Positions 40,053 through 51,949 of a stretch of 64,000 nt of DNA are shown here, piece by piece. This DNA comes from Ylistrum balloti. Its lineage: Eukaryota. The DNA is taken from positions 744,001 to 808,000 of the forward strand of contig NW_026781926.1 in NCBI RefSeq assembly GCF_031769215.1, written 5' to 3'. A model generated the notes under the pieces. That model saw only the letters and a program-made list of their open reading frames with translations. It did not search any database and had not been told where the DNA came from. Position 1 is the stretch's first letter. The number at the start of each line of letters is the position of its first letter. Made by a program: the position numbers and the translations under genes.

Positions 40053-42205
40053 ACCCCTTTCCCTGATACTAGTATTGCATTTTCCCCCTTTCCCTGATAC
40101 TAGCATTGCATTTTCCCCCTTTCCCTGATACTAGCATTGCATTTTCCCCCTTTCCCTGATACTAGCATTGCATTTTCCCCCTTTCCCTGATACTAGCATT
40201 GCATTTTCCCCCTTTCCCTGATACTAGTATTGCATTTTCCCCCTTTCCCTGATACTAGTATTGCATTTCCCCCAATTCCCTGATACTAGTATTGCATTTT
40301 CCCCCTTTCCCTGATACCTGTATTACATTTCTCCTCTCCCTAACCCCAGTATTACATTTCTCCCCCTCCCTGCCCCCAGTATTACATTTCTCGCCCTCCC
40401 TGACCTCAGTATTACATTTCTCCTCTCCTTGACACCAGTATTACATTCTCTCCTCTCCCTGCCCCCAGTATTACATTTCTCCCCCTCCCTGACCCCAGTA
40501 TTACATTTCTCTTCTCCCTGACCCCAGTGTTACATTTCTCCCCCTCCCTAACCCCAGTATTGCATTTCCCCCCTCCCTGACCCCAGTATTACATTTCTCC
40601 TCTCCCTGACCCCAGTGTTACATTTCTCCCCCTCCCTGACCCCAGTGTTACATTTCTCCCCCTCCCTGACTCCAGTATTTCTTTTCTCCTCTCTGACCCG
40701 AGTATTACATTTCTCCCCCTCCCTGACCCCAGTATTACATTTCTCCTCTCCCTGACCCAGTATTAAATTTCTCCCCCTCCCTGACCCCAGTGTTACATTT
40801 CTCCTCTCCCTGACCCCAGTATTACATTTCTCCCCCTCCCTGCCCCCAGTATTACATTTCTCCCCCTCCCTGACCCCAGTATTACATTTCTCCTCTCTCT
40901 GACCCAGTATTACATTTCTCCCCCTCCCTGCCCCCAGTATTACATTTCTCCCCCTCCCTGACCCCAGTGTTACATGTCTCCTCTCTCTGACCCCAGTATT
41001 ACATTTCTCCTCTCCTTGACCCCAGTATTACATTTCTCCCCCTCCCTGCCCCCAGTATTACATTTCTCCCCCTCCCTGCCCCCAGTATTACATTTCTCTT
41101 CTCCCTGACCCCAGTGTTACATTTCTCCTCTCCCTGACCCCAGTATTACATTTCTCCCCCTCCCTGACCTCAGTATTACATTTCTCCTCTCCTTGACTCC
41201 AGTATTACATTTCTCCCCCTCCCTGCCCCCAGTATTACATTTCTCCCCCTCCCTGACCCCAGTGTTACATTTCTCCTCTCCCTGACCCCAGTATTACATT
41301 TCTCCTCTCCCTGACCCCAGTATTACATTTCTCCCCCTCTGCCCCCTATTACATTTCTCCCCCTCTCTGCCCCCAGTGTTACATTTCTCCTCTCCCTGAC
41401 CCCAGTGTTACATTTCTCCTCTCCCTGACCCCAGTATTACATTTCTCCCCCTCCCTGACCTCAGTATTACATTTCTCCTCTCCTTGACTCCAGTATTACA
41501 TTTCTCCCCCTCCCTGCCCCCAGTATTACATTTCTCCCCCTCCCTGACCCCAGTATTACATTTCTCCCCCTCCCTGACCCCAGTATTACATTTCTCCTCT
41601 CCCTGACCCCAGTATTACATTTCTCCTCTCCCTGCCCCCAGTATTACATTTCTCCCCCTCCCTGCCCCCAGTATTACATTTCTCCCCCTCTCTGCCCCCA
41701 GTGTTACATTTCTCCTCTCCCTGACCCCAGTGTTACATTTCTCCTCTCCCTGACCCCAGTATTACATTTCTCCCCCTCCCTGACCTCAGTATTACATTTC
41801 TCCTCTCCTTGACTCCAGTATTACATTTCTCCCTCTCCCTGACCCCGGTATTACATTTCTCCTTTCCCTGACCCCAGTGTTACATTTCTCCTCTCCTTGG
41901 CCCCAGTATTACATTTCTCCCCCTCCCTGTATTACATTTCTCCCCCTCCCTGTCCCCAGTATTACATTTCTCCCCCTCCCTGACCCCAGTGTTACTTTTC
42001 TCCTCTCCCTGACCCCAGTATTACATTTCTCCTCTCCCTGACCCCAGTATTACATTTCTTTCCCTCCCTGCCCCCAGTATTACATTTCTCCCCCTCCCTG
42101 CCCCCAGTGTTACATTTCTCCTCTCCCTGACCCCATTATTACATTTCTCCTCTCCTTGACTCCAGTATTACATTTCTCCCCCTCCCTGACCCCTGCTTCC
42201 TCCCT
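40053..42205. repeat. C-rich compound minisatellite: 31-bp unit (ttttccccctttccctgatactagcattgca) then related 30-bp unit (ccccagtattacatttctccccctccctga)
   Basis: Period 31 at 40091/40122; period 30 at 41521/41551; the switch is near 40315. Confidence 0.97.
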
Positions 42206-43112
42206 GACATTGGTATTACTTAGTTGTTAGTTTCATTTTCCAGTTCAATTTGTGTTTGACATCTTGGCATAGAAATAATTTTTCTTGACCCTTAAAATAT
42301 AAATACTGAGGTAGGCCTAATTTACTTTAAATTGCTTTACAGCAACTAAAGGTAGCTTTAAGGTCCCGTATTGATGATGGGTGAGGTCGGTACTCAACCT
42401 GTGAAAGCTTGTACTCAAGTTCGCTATTTTGATAGCCAAACAACAGAGAAAAATACTTTAGTATATGTAAACTATTGGTAGTAGGAAAGTGATGCGTAAT
42501 CTGAAGATAGAATCGTCCACTCTATCAATCAAGTCCAGTATCTCTTTGAATATTTTAGGAGATGATAAATGTCAGAAATTCATCTGTGCCACTTTAAGTT
42601 CAAGTAGGACGAGGGATATTCTGGGTTTAATGCACTACAATATAATCAATAGACTGAGAGTAGCCATCCATCTAGTAAAAGACCAAAAAATCAATATCGC
42701 GTGTTTGAAATTCTGCTACTTTACTGACCCTGATAAATGAAAAATTCTTTGTGCGTCGTGTCAGACACAAATTTATGGATGCTATATTATGGCCAGTAAA
42801 TTTGTTTTGGGCCGCACTAAGTCGTGTGTTGGGTTCTGCCTTCCTTGTTACTAGGGTGTTTAAAACGTCAGTATATATGGCTTTTGGTGCTGTCAAATAA
42901 CCCTTATCTAATTATTAACTTAATCAATATCTATGCAACGATAGAAAAAAATATAAGCTTACAAACGACTTGGAAAAAAAATCCCCTTAGGCACTGGTGT
43001 GACATAGTAGCATTAAGCTTGGCAAAAATACGATTATTATTCGTGTTGAACATAATACAGTGAAATAGGTAATTGACATTTCTGTGTTCATCCTTTTCAT
43101 TTGAATCCACAG

Positions 43113-43553
43113 GAACATAATGCCCAGAGTGACGTGGAGAGTGGTCACTATAGCAACACAGACACAGATGGGCTTGATGGTCAGCACTGTCCCAAGGAAG
43201 ACAACTCCATCTACAGTGGATCACCAGAACCAGGGGAAGTGGACGTCCCCTCAGACCAGGAGAGTATGACCGACCCTGATGGGGAGGACCACTACTTAGC
43301 AGAAGTTGAGGAAGGTGAAGAAAGTCTATATGGTGATATGGAAGACACAGAGGCTGTAACACAAGAGAGTCAAGGTGGGGTACCAGAGGGCCAAGGCGAG
43401 GATCAGGGGACTCAGGCTGAGGAGCATGAGGGTGTCACTCCAGTACTCTCACAGAACCAGATGGAGTTACTGGAACTAGAAATGAGAGCTCGTGCCATCA
43501 AGGCCATGCTCAAAGCTCACGAGGTTCGCGAGAAGCGTTTGGAGGAGGGCTGA
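43113..43553 (+). CDS. CAAP1: Terminal coding exon C (146 aa + TGA) with the CAAP1 C-terminal helix motif
   Basis: Acceptor tccttttcatttgaatccacag ends at 43112; stop TGA at 43551-43553. It contains ELLELEMRARAIKAMLK (track ORF 43101..43553). Confidence 0.9.
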   Translation, partial: EHNAQSDVESGHYSNTDTDGLDGQHCPKEDNSIYSGSPEPGEVDVPSDQESMTDPDGEDHYLAEVEEGEESLYGDMEDTEAVTQESQGGVPEGQGEDQGTQAEEHEGVTPVLSQNQMELLELEMRARAIKAMLKAHEVREKRLEEG

Positions 43554-43940
43554 ATATTTGTCAATGACCATGTAATTGCAATAGAAGGACCATAAAACAG
43601 GTGTCACTTTAAAGACACCTAGACTGAGGTGTGTCACTATTGGCACAAAGTGTCAGGTGTGTCACTGTACTGGCACCAAAAGTTAGGCGTGTCACTTTAA
43701 TGGCATAAAAAACCTTAACAAATGTATCACACACTCAATGGGAAAAAGTAGCATTGCTCTAAACCATAGATGGCTACAAGTAACCGCTTTACAAACATGT
43801 AGTGGTGTGTTTAAATTAACATTTCTCTATGCAGGAAAAAAAACAGTCTCGGCTTATCACAAAATTTCTTGTAAACATATAAGATGTAGAGTTACTTACT
43901 ATGGTAGCTCACTGAACATTACAAACAAACAAAAGATAAA

Positions 43941-44690
43941 TTTACTTCACCTGGTGTATCATTAACTCATCGGATACAAATTTGTCATCCATCTGTCCTT
44001 CCATTCTTAAATAATTCTTGTTATCACTAGTTCTGAAGAAACACTTGATGAATCAATTTTTTATATGTTGGTTCCTCTTGGTCTCTTATTGTGCACAATC
44101 CATTTTGGGACCAATCAAAAATATAACATGGCAAACATTTAGTATGTGGTCATAGTTTGCTATCTCTGTTTCTGGAGAAATACATTATTGATCATTCCCA
44201 AACTGTACATGTAGGTCTCTGCTGTATATGTAGGTCTCTGCTGTATATGTAGGTCCCTACTTTTTTATACATCCTTATGGGACAGATAGAAAAAATGGCC
44301 GATAATGCAGCCATCTTGAGTTTTGACAACCCTAGATTGCTATCAGTATTTCTTAAAAAGTGCTAGATTTATAATTCTCAAACTTTATATGTAGGCTCCT
44401 CGTAGTGCCTAGATGTGCAATACCCTTTATAGGATTGGTTGACAGCCAGCCATCTTGGATTTTGACAGTGAAAGTTTGTTAACGCTATTTATTTAGATGC
44501 ACTCAATAGCTTTTTCTCATAATTGACATAATGTTCCCCTTGGTCCCTATTTCTGTCCTTTTGCCCTTTTGATTCTGGTCAGTTAAACAAGCTGGTAGAC
44601 AGGCAGCAATCTTAGATTTGACAGTGAAAGATTTTTATCTCTGTTTCTTCAAATTTCATATATTTTAGAGTAAAACAAGAGGAAAGGTAT
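43941..44690 (+). mobile_element. Degenerate HINE-like element with ~140-155-bp internal repeats
   Basis: The 5' ttacttcacctgg resembles ttagctcacctgg, followed by a gtcatccatctgtcc microsatellite-like stretch. The motif gcagccatctt..ttttgaca recurs near 44308, 44446 and 44601. Confidence 0.55.
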
Positions 44691-44708
44691 AGTTGCAACT
44701 TTCAAAAA

Positions 44709-44714
44709 AATAAA
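44709..44714 (+). promoter_or_regulatory. Candidate polyadenylation signal: first AATAAA seen after the stop codon
   Basis: First canonical AATAAA by eye, about 1.15 kb after the stop. It lies in an A-run just before the 56-bp array and could be chance. Confidence 0.25.
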
Positions 44715-46445
44715 ATTAGTAAACAATACAGAAACCAAGATCCTTCTGGGATCTCATGTTGTTACACCTGGTTAGTAAACAATACAGAAACCAAGATCCT
44801 TCTGGGATCTCATGTTGTTACACCTGGTTAGTAAACAATACAGAAACCAAGATCCTTCTGGGATCTCATGTTGTTACACCTGGTTAGTAAACAATACAGA
44901 AACCAAGATCCTTCTGGGATCTCATGTTGTTACACCTGGTTAGTAAACAATACAGAAACCAATGTTGTTACATCCTGGTTAGTTACAGAAACCAAGATCC
45001 TTCTGGGATCTCATGTTGTTACACCTGGTTAGTAAACAATACAGAAACCAAGATCCTTCTGGGATCTCATGTTGTTACACCTGGTTAGTAAACAATACAG
45101 AAACCAAGATCCTTCTGGGATCTCATGTTGTTACACCTGGTTAGTAAACAATACAGAAACCAAGATCCTTCTGGGATCTCTTGTTGTTACAGATGGTTAG
45201 TAATCAATACAGAAACCAAGATCCTTCTGGGATCTCATGTTGTTACACCTGGTTAGTAAACAATACAGAAACCAAGATCCTTCTGGGATCTCATGTTGTT
45301 ACACCTGGTTAGTAAACAATACAGAAACCAAGATCCTTCTGGGATCTCATGTTGTTACACCTGGTTAGTAAACAATACAGAAACCAAGATCCTTCTGGGA
45401 TCTCATGTTGTTACACCTGGTTAGTAAACAATACAGAAACCAAGATCCTTCTGGGATCTCATGTTGTTACACCTGGTTAGTAAACAATACAGAAACCAAG
45501 ATCCTTCTGGGATCTCATGTTGTTACACCTGGTTAGTAAACAATACAGAAACCAAGATCCTTCTGGGATCTCATGTTGTTACACCTGGTTAGTAAACAGA
45601 AACAAGATCCTTCTGGGATCTTATGTTGTTACACCTGGTTAGTAAACAATACAGAAACCAAGATCCTTCTGGGATCTCATGTTGTTACACCTGGTTAGTA
45701 AACAATACAGAAACCAAGATCCTTCTGGGATCTCATGTTGTTACACCTGGTTAGTAAACAATACAGAAACCAAGATCCTTCTGGGATCTCATGTTGTTAC
45801 ACCTGGTTAGTAAACAATACAGAAACCAAGATCCTTCTGGGATCTCATGTTGTTACAACTGAGTAAACAGAAACCAAGATCCTTCTGGGATCTTATGTTG
45901 TTACACCTGGTTAGTAAACAATACAGAAACCAAGATCCTTCTGGGATCTCATGTTGTTACACCTGGTTAGTAAACAATACAGAAACCAAGATCCTTCTGG
46001 GATCTCATGTTGTTACACCTGGTTAGTAAACAATACAGAAACCAAGATCCTTCTGGGATCTCATGTTGTTACAACTGGTTAGTAAACAATACAGAAACCA
46101 AGATCCTTCTGGGATCTTATGTTGTTACACCTGGTTAGTAAACAATACAGAAACCAAGATCCTTCTGGGATCTCATGTTGTTACAACTGAGTAAACAGAA
46201 ACCAAGATCCTTCTGGGATCTCATGTTGTTACACCTGGTTAGTAAACAATACAGAAACCAAGATCCTTCTGGGATCTCATGTTGTTACAACTGAGTAAAC
46301 AGAAACCAAGATCCTTCTGGGATCTTATGTTGTTACACCTGGTTAGTAAACAATACAGAAACCAAGATCCTTCTGGGATCTCATGTTGTTACAACTGGTT
46401 AGTAAACAATACAGAAACCAAGATCCTTCTGGGATCTCATGTTGT
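44713..46445. repeat. Minisatellite, 56-bp unit gttagtaaacaatacagaaaccaagatccttctgggatctcatgttgttacacctg
   Basis: Period 56 (44821, 44877); about 30 copies. Confidence 0.98.
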
Positions 46446-49400
46446 TACACCTGGTTGTTACACCTGAGTATACAGGTACAATGGTGTATCATTGTTACAC
46501 CTGGTTGTTACACCTAAGTATACAGGTACAATGGTGTATCATTGTTACACCTGTTTGTTACACCTGAGTATACAGGTACAATGGTGTATCATTATTACAC
46601 CTGAGTACATGTTTGTGGTATTTACCACACATGATGTATCATTTTTACACCTGAGTACATGTTTGTGGTATTTACCACACATGGTGAATCATTGTTACAC
46701 CTGAGTACATGTTTGTGGTATTTACCACACATAGTGTATCATTGTTACACCTGGTTGTTACACCTGAGTATACAGGTACAATGGTGTATCATTATTACAC
46801 CTGGTTGTTACACCTGAGTATACAGGTACAATGGTGTATCATTGTTACACCTGGTTGTTACACCTGAGTACATGTTTGTGGTATTTACCACACATGGTGT
46901 ATCATTTTTACACCTGAGTACATGTTTGTGGTATTTACCACACATGGTGAATCATTGTTACACCTGAGTACATATTTGTGGTATTTACCACACATAGTGT
47001 ATCATTGTTACACCTGGTTGTTACACCTGAGTATACAGGTACAATGGTGTATCATTATTACACCTGGTTGTTACACCTGAGTATACAGGTACAATGGTGT
47101 ATCATTGTTACACCTGGTTGTTACACCTGAGTACATTTTTGTGGTATTTACCACACATGATGTATCATTTTTACACATGAGTACATGTTTGTGGTATTTA
47201 CCACACATAGTGTATCATTGTTACACCTAGTTGTTACACCTGAGTATACAGGTACAATGGTGTATCATTGTTACACCTGGTTGTTACACCTGAGTACATG
47301 TTTGTGGTATTTACCACACATGGTGTATCATTTTTACACCTGAGTACATGTTTGTGGTATTTACCACACATGGTGAATCATTGTTACACCTCAGTACATG
47401 TTTGTGGTATTTACCACACATAGTGTATCATTGTTACACCTGGTTGTTACACCTGAGTACATGTTTGTGGTATTTACCACACATGGTGAATCATTGTCAT
47501 ACCTGAGTACATGTTTGTGGTATTTACCACACATAGTGTATCATTATTACACCTGGTTGTTACACCTGAGTATACAGGTACAATGGTGTATCATTGTTAC
47601 ACCTGGTTGTTACACCTGAGTATACAGGTACAATGGTGTATCATTATTACACCTGGTTGTTACACCTGAGTACATGTTTGTGGTATTTACCACACATAGT
47701 GTATCATTATTACACCTGGTTGTTACACCTGAGTATACAGGTACAATGGTGTATCATTGTTACACCTGGTTGTTACACCTGAGTATACAGGTACAATGGT
47801 GTATCATTATTACACCTGGTTGTTACACCTGAGTACATGTTTGTGGTATTTACCACACATGGTGTATCATTGTTACACCTGGTTGTTACACCTGAGTATA
47901 CAGGTACAATGGTGTATCATTGTTACACCTGGTTGTTACACCTGAGTACATGTTTGTGGTATTTACCACACATGGTGAATCATTGTTACACCTGGTTGTT
48001 AAACCTGAGTATACAGGTACAATGGTGTATCATTGTTACACCTGGTTGTTACACCTGAGTACATGTTTGTGGTATTTACCACACATGGTGAATCATTGTT
48101 ACACCTGGTTGTTACACCTGAGTACATGTTTGTGGTATTTACCACACATGGTGTATCATTGTTACACCTGGTTGTTACACCTAAGTACATGTTTGTGGTA
48201 TTTACCACACATGGTGAATCATTGTTACACCTGAGTACATGTTTGTGGTATTTACCACACATGGTGTATCATTGTTACACCTGGTTGTTAAACCTGAGTA
48301 TACAGGTACAATGGTGTATCATTGTTACACCTGGTTGTTACACCTGAGTACATGTTTGTGGTATTTACCACACATGATGTATCATTGTTACACCTGGTTG
48401 TTACACCTGAGTTCATGTTTGTGGTATTTACCACACATGGTGTATCATTGTTACACCTGGTTGTTACACCTAAGTACATGTTTGTGGTATTTACCACACA
48501 TGGTGTATCATTATTACACCTGTTTGTTACACCTGAGTACATGTTTGTGGTATTTACCACACATAGTGTATCATTGTTACACCTGGTTGTTACAACTGAG
48601 TATACAGGTACAATGTTGTATCATTATTACACCTGTCTGTTACACCTGAGTACATGTTTGTGGTATTTACCACACATGGCGTATCATTGTTACACCTGGT
48701 TGTTACACCTGAGTATACAGGTACAATGGTGTATCATTGTTACACCTGGTTGTTACACCTGAGTACATGTTTGTGGTATTTACCACACATGGTGTATCAT
48801 TGTTACACCTGGTTGTTACACCTGAGTACATGTTTGTGGTATTTACCACACATGGTGTATCATTGTTACACCTGGTTGTTACACCTGAGTATACAGGTAC
48901 AATGGTGTATCATTGTTACACCTGGTTGTTACACCTGAGTACATGATTGTGGTATTTACCACACATGGTGTATCATTGTTACACCTGGTTGTTACACCTG
49001 AGTTCATGTTTGTGGTATTTACCACACATGGTGTATCATTGTTACACCTGAGTACATGTTTGTGGTATTTACCGCACAGGATGTATCATTGTAACACCTG
49101 GTTGTTACACCTGGTTGTTACACCTAAGTACTTGTTTGTGGTATTTACCACACATGATGTATCATTGTAACACCTGGTTGTTACACCTGGTTGTTACACC
49201 TTAGTACATGATTGTGGTATTTACCACACATGGTGTATCATTGTTACACCTGGTTGTTACACCTGAGTTCATGTTTGTGGTATTTACCACACATGGTGTA
49301 TCATTGTTACACCTGAGTACATGTTTGTGGTATTTACCGCACAGGATGTATCATTGTAACACCTGGTTGTTACACCTGGTTGTTACACCTGAGTACATGA

Positions 49401-49830
49401 TTGTGGTATTTACCACACATGGTGTATCATTGTTACACCTGGTTGTTACACCTGAGTTCATGTTTGTGGTATTTACCACACATGGTGTATCATTGTTACA
49501 CCTGAGTACATGTTTGTGGTATTTACCGCACAGGATGTATCATTGTAACACCTGGTTGTTACACCTGGTTGTTACACCTAAGTACTTGTTTGTGGTATTT
49601 ACCACACATGATGTATCATTGTAACACCTGGTTGTTACACCTGGTTGTTACACCTAAGTACTTGTTTGTGGTATTTACCACACAGGATGTATCATTGTAA
49701 CACCTGGTTGTTACACCTGGTTGTTACACCTAAGTACTTGTTTGTGGTATTTACCACACAGGATGTATCATTGTAACACCTGGTTGTTACACCTGAGAAT
49801 ACAGGTTACAGTGGTATATCCACCACACCT
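46440..49830. repeat. Modular minisatellite of 13-bp ttgttacacctg(g/a) plus a 24-bp (A) or 37-bp (B) module; units of 50, 63 and 76 bp
   Basis: A = gtatacaggtacaatggtgtatca; B = gtacatgtttgtggtatttaccacacatggtgtatca. The 21-aa track repeats correspond to the 63-bp unit. Confidence 0.97.
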
Positions 49831-50584
49831 CTTGTATCATTGTATACCTGTCAGATATCACCTGTCTGGATGTTCTTTGTGGTAGCTGTACAAGGGATAG
49901 TGAAAAAACTGATGAGGAGGATATTCATTGTCTGTCATTCCTTCTTTAATTATGAATGGAAATTGTGTCCCCTCACTCCCTTTGAATGAATTCCGTTACA
50001 CAGCCATTTTTTGAAAGGAAGTACGCTTCATGATTTTCAAAATATCACAGCCTTGTTCCTATGTTTCAAATGATATTTTTTAATGAAGGCATCAAAGTTT
50101 TTCCCTGGTGACCCATCCTCCCATATTTTATTTCATTTTCTTTGATTAGACAAATTGGCTGTGTGCCACACTGTATAGTTACTGAAATGTTGATTTGCTA
50201 CTGTTTAATTAAAAAATAAACACTACATCCTGATTGCTTTGGCATTTCTCTCGGAAATATTTCATGCATGAAGAAATCAGAATGAATTTTTAATGATTTT
50301 TAAGAAATACAACAATAATTGAAATTAATTTCTGATCAGATAAACAAGGAAGTAAATCGTGCCTAGGGGTTGTTTATCATATACAAAGCTTCAAACATTA
50401 ACATAGCTGTATTACATTTATAGGCAAATATTGATCATTACTGTTGAAATGGCTGAGTCATGTATAGATGATGTGTGAAATCAACCATCCATATAGAGTC
50501 AGAGAAGAAACATAACAATTAGCAAATGAAGAATTAAGATAAATGTCTTCAACGGTTTTATATCTGTGCTTTAAAGTACCACCT

Positions 50585-51075
50585 TTATAGCTGGTAAGCT
50601 ATTCTAATCACTTTACATCTGTGGTCAATTGTCCGTCTGTGGTCCGTCATCCATCCATTGTGCCCATCTAATTTCAGGACAGATCAGAGGAACAAAATGG
50701 GAGACAGATGGCTATCTAGGATTTTGACTTTAGAAGTTTGTTATCGAAATTTCTTAAGAAATACTTATCTTTCTTAAATTTCATTTGAAGGTTTCATTTT
50801 GTCCCTAGTTGTGCCCATTTGATTTTGTGTCTGATCAGAAAACCCGTCTTGGATTTTGACTTTGAAAGTTTGTCAATTTTTCTTGAGAACTACTGCATAG
50901 ATCTTTCTCAGATTCCATGTGTATGTTTCCTTGAACCCTACTTGTGCCTATTGGAGTTGTTACTGATCAATAAAAGAAAATGGCCTACAGACAGCTATTT
51001 TGGGTTTTGACTTTGAAAGTTTGTGATTGCTATTCTTGAGAAATACTACATAGATCTTTCTCCCCGAGAAAAAGT
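50585..51075 (+). mobile_element. Degenerate HINE-like element, apparently the same family as 43941-44690
   Basis: The 5' end tagctggtaagctattctaatcac is followed by a gtccgtctgtggtccgtcatcc microsatellite. The motif gattttgactt..aaagtttgt recurs near 50721, 50851 and 51002. Confidence 0.55.
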
Positions 51076-51949
51076 AAGGATCTCAAGCTTTATTTAGAAT
51101 TGTGATGATGTGCATCAAAATGAAGACTAAGCAAGGGTATGTCAAAAAATGGGAGAGTAGATTAGAGTATCTTTCTGTATTTACGTATACATACAAAAAA
51201 AAAAGAACACCATTGATAATGGTACTTTGTATACAATAACTAAATAGTATGGGTGAAAGGCAGGTTTTGTCTTTAGAAAAATTTCAAAACTGTATAAAAG
51301 TTTGATTCCTTTGTTGGCACTATGATAATATGATAAGCCAAACAGAATTCAGTTTTAAAGGTATTACCCAGTTTAAGAGGCACCCTGAGGATGGGGATGA
51401 GGGGGGAAATCATTGCCTCTTGTACAACTGTATCATATGTGATTGTGAATGTATAACAAATATCTCCATGTCCTTGCATACACTGCCATTGTATACAGTA
51501 GGACTTGACTGACATCTTACGAACAAAGAATCCAGCACAATGGCGAGTCCATGTTGTTTTTATCACATAAATCTGTCATGGGCAAAGCTTTAAGGGATTC
51601 GAAAGCAAAATATAGCTACCTTATTTGTATATTATTTAGTCAGCCTGACAAGTTTGTCCCAATTAGAAACTCCTGCATTAGTTATGTAATTAGGCAGTTT
51701 TTGTATCTCCATGAAATAAAGTACTCAATTTGGGATGTATGCAAGCTGAAATTTGTTCTTTATTGGATTCTATTGGGAAATAGACATTCTCTTCAGTAAT
51801 GACATCCTTTGAAGCAAAAATTTGAACAACAAAAATAAAGGTGGCCACTTTATTGAACCCTTTTGATTACATGATGTAATGTCATAGTCTATATGACTTC
51901 ACAATGATTTCTGACTGGCCTAGACAACTGGAAACTCTCCAGGGTATAT

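Larger units (their letters stand above)
16875..43553 (+). other. CAAP1: Partial spliced gene model (last three coding exons) of a CAAP1-like gene; introns 16990-27777 (10.8 kb) and 27917-43112 (15.2 kb); 5' exons outside the window
   Basis: The exons join in frame: exon A ends in phase 2 (AG), exon B starts with T giving AGT=Ser and ends in phase 0, and exon C starts in phase 0. All introns are GT-AG. The joined peptide (about 231 aa) is D/E-rich and ends QMELLELEMRARAIKAMLKAHEVREKRLEEG*, matching from memory the CAAP1 C-terminus (QLELLELEMRARAIKALMK). I did not find the central conserved CAAP1 domain in 1-16874. Confidence 0.85.
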
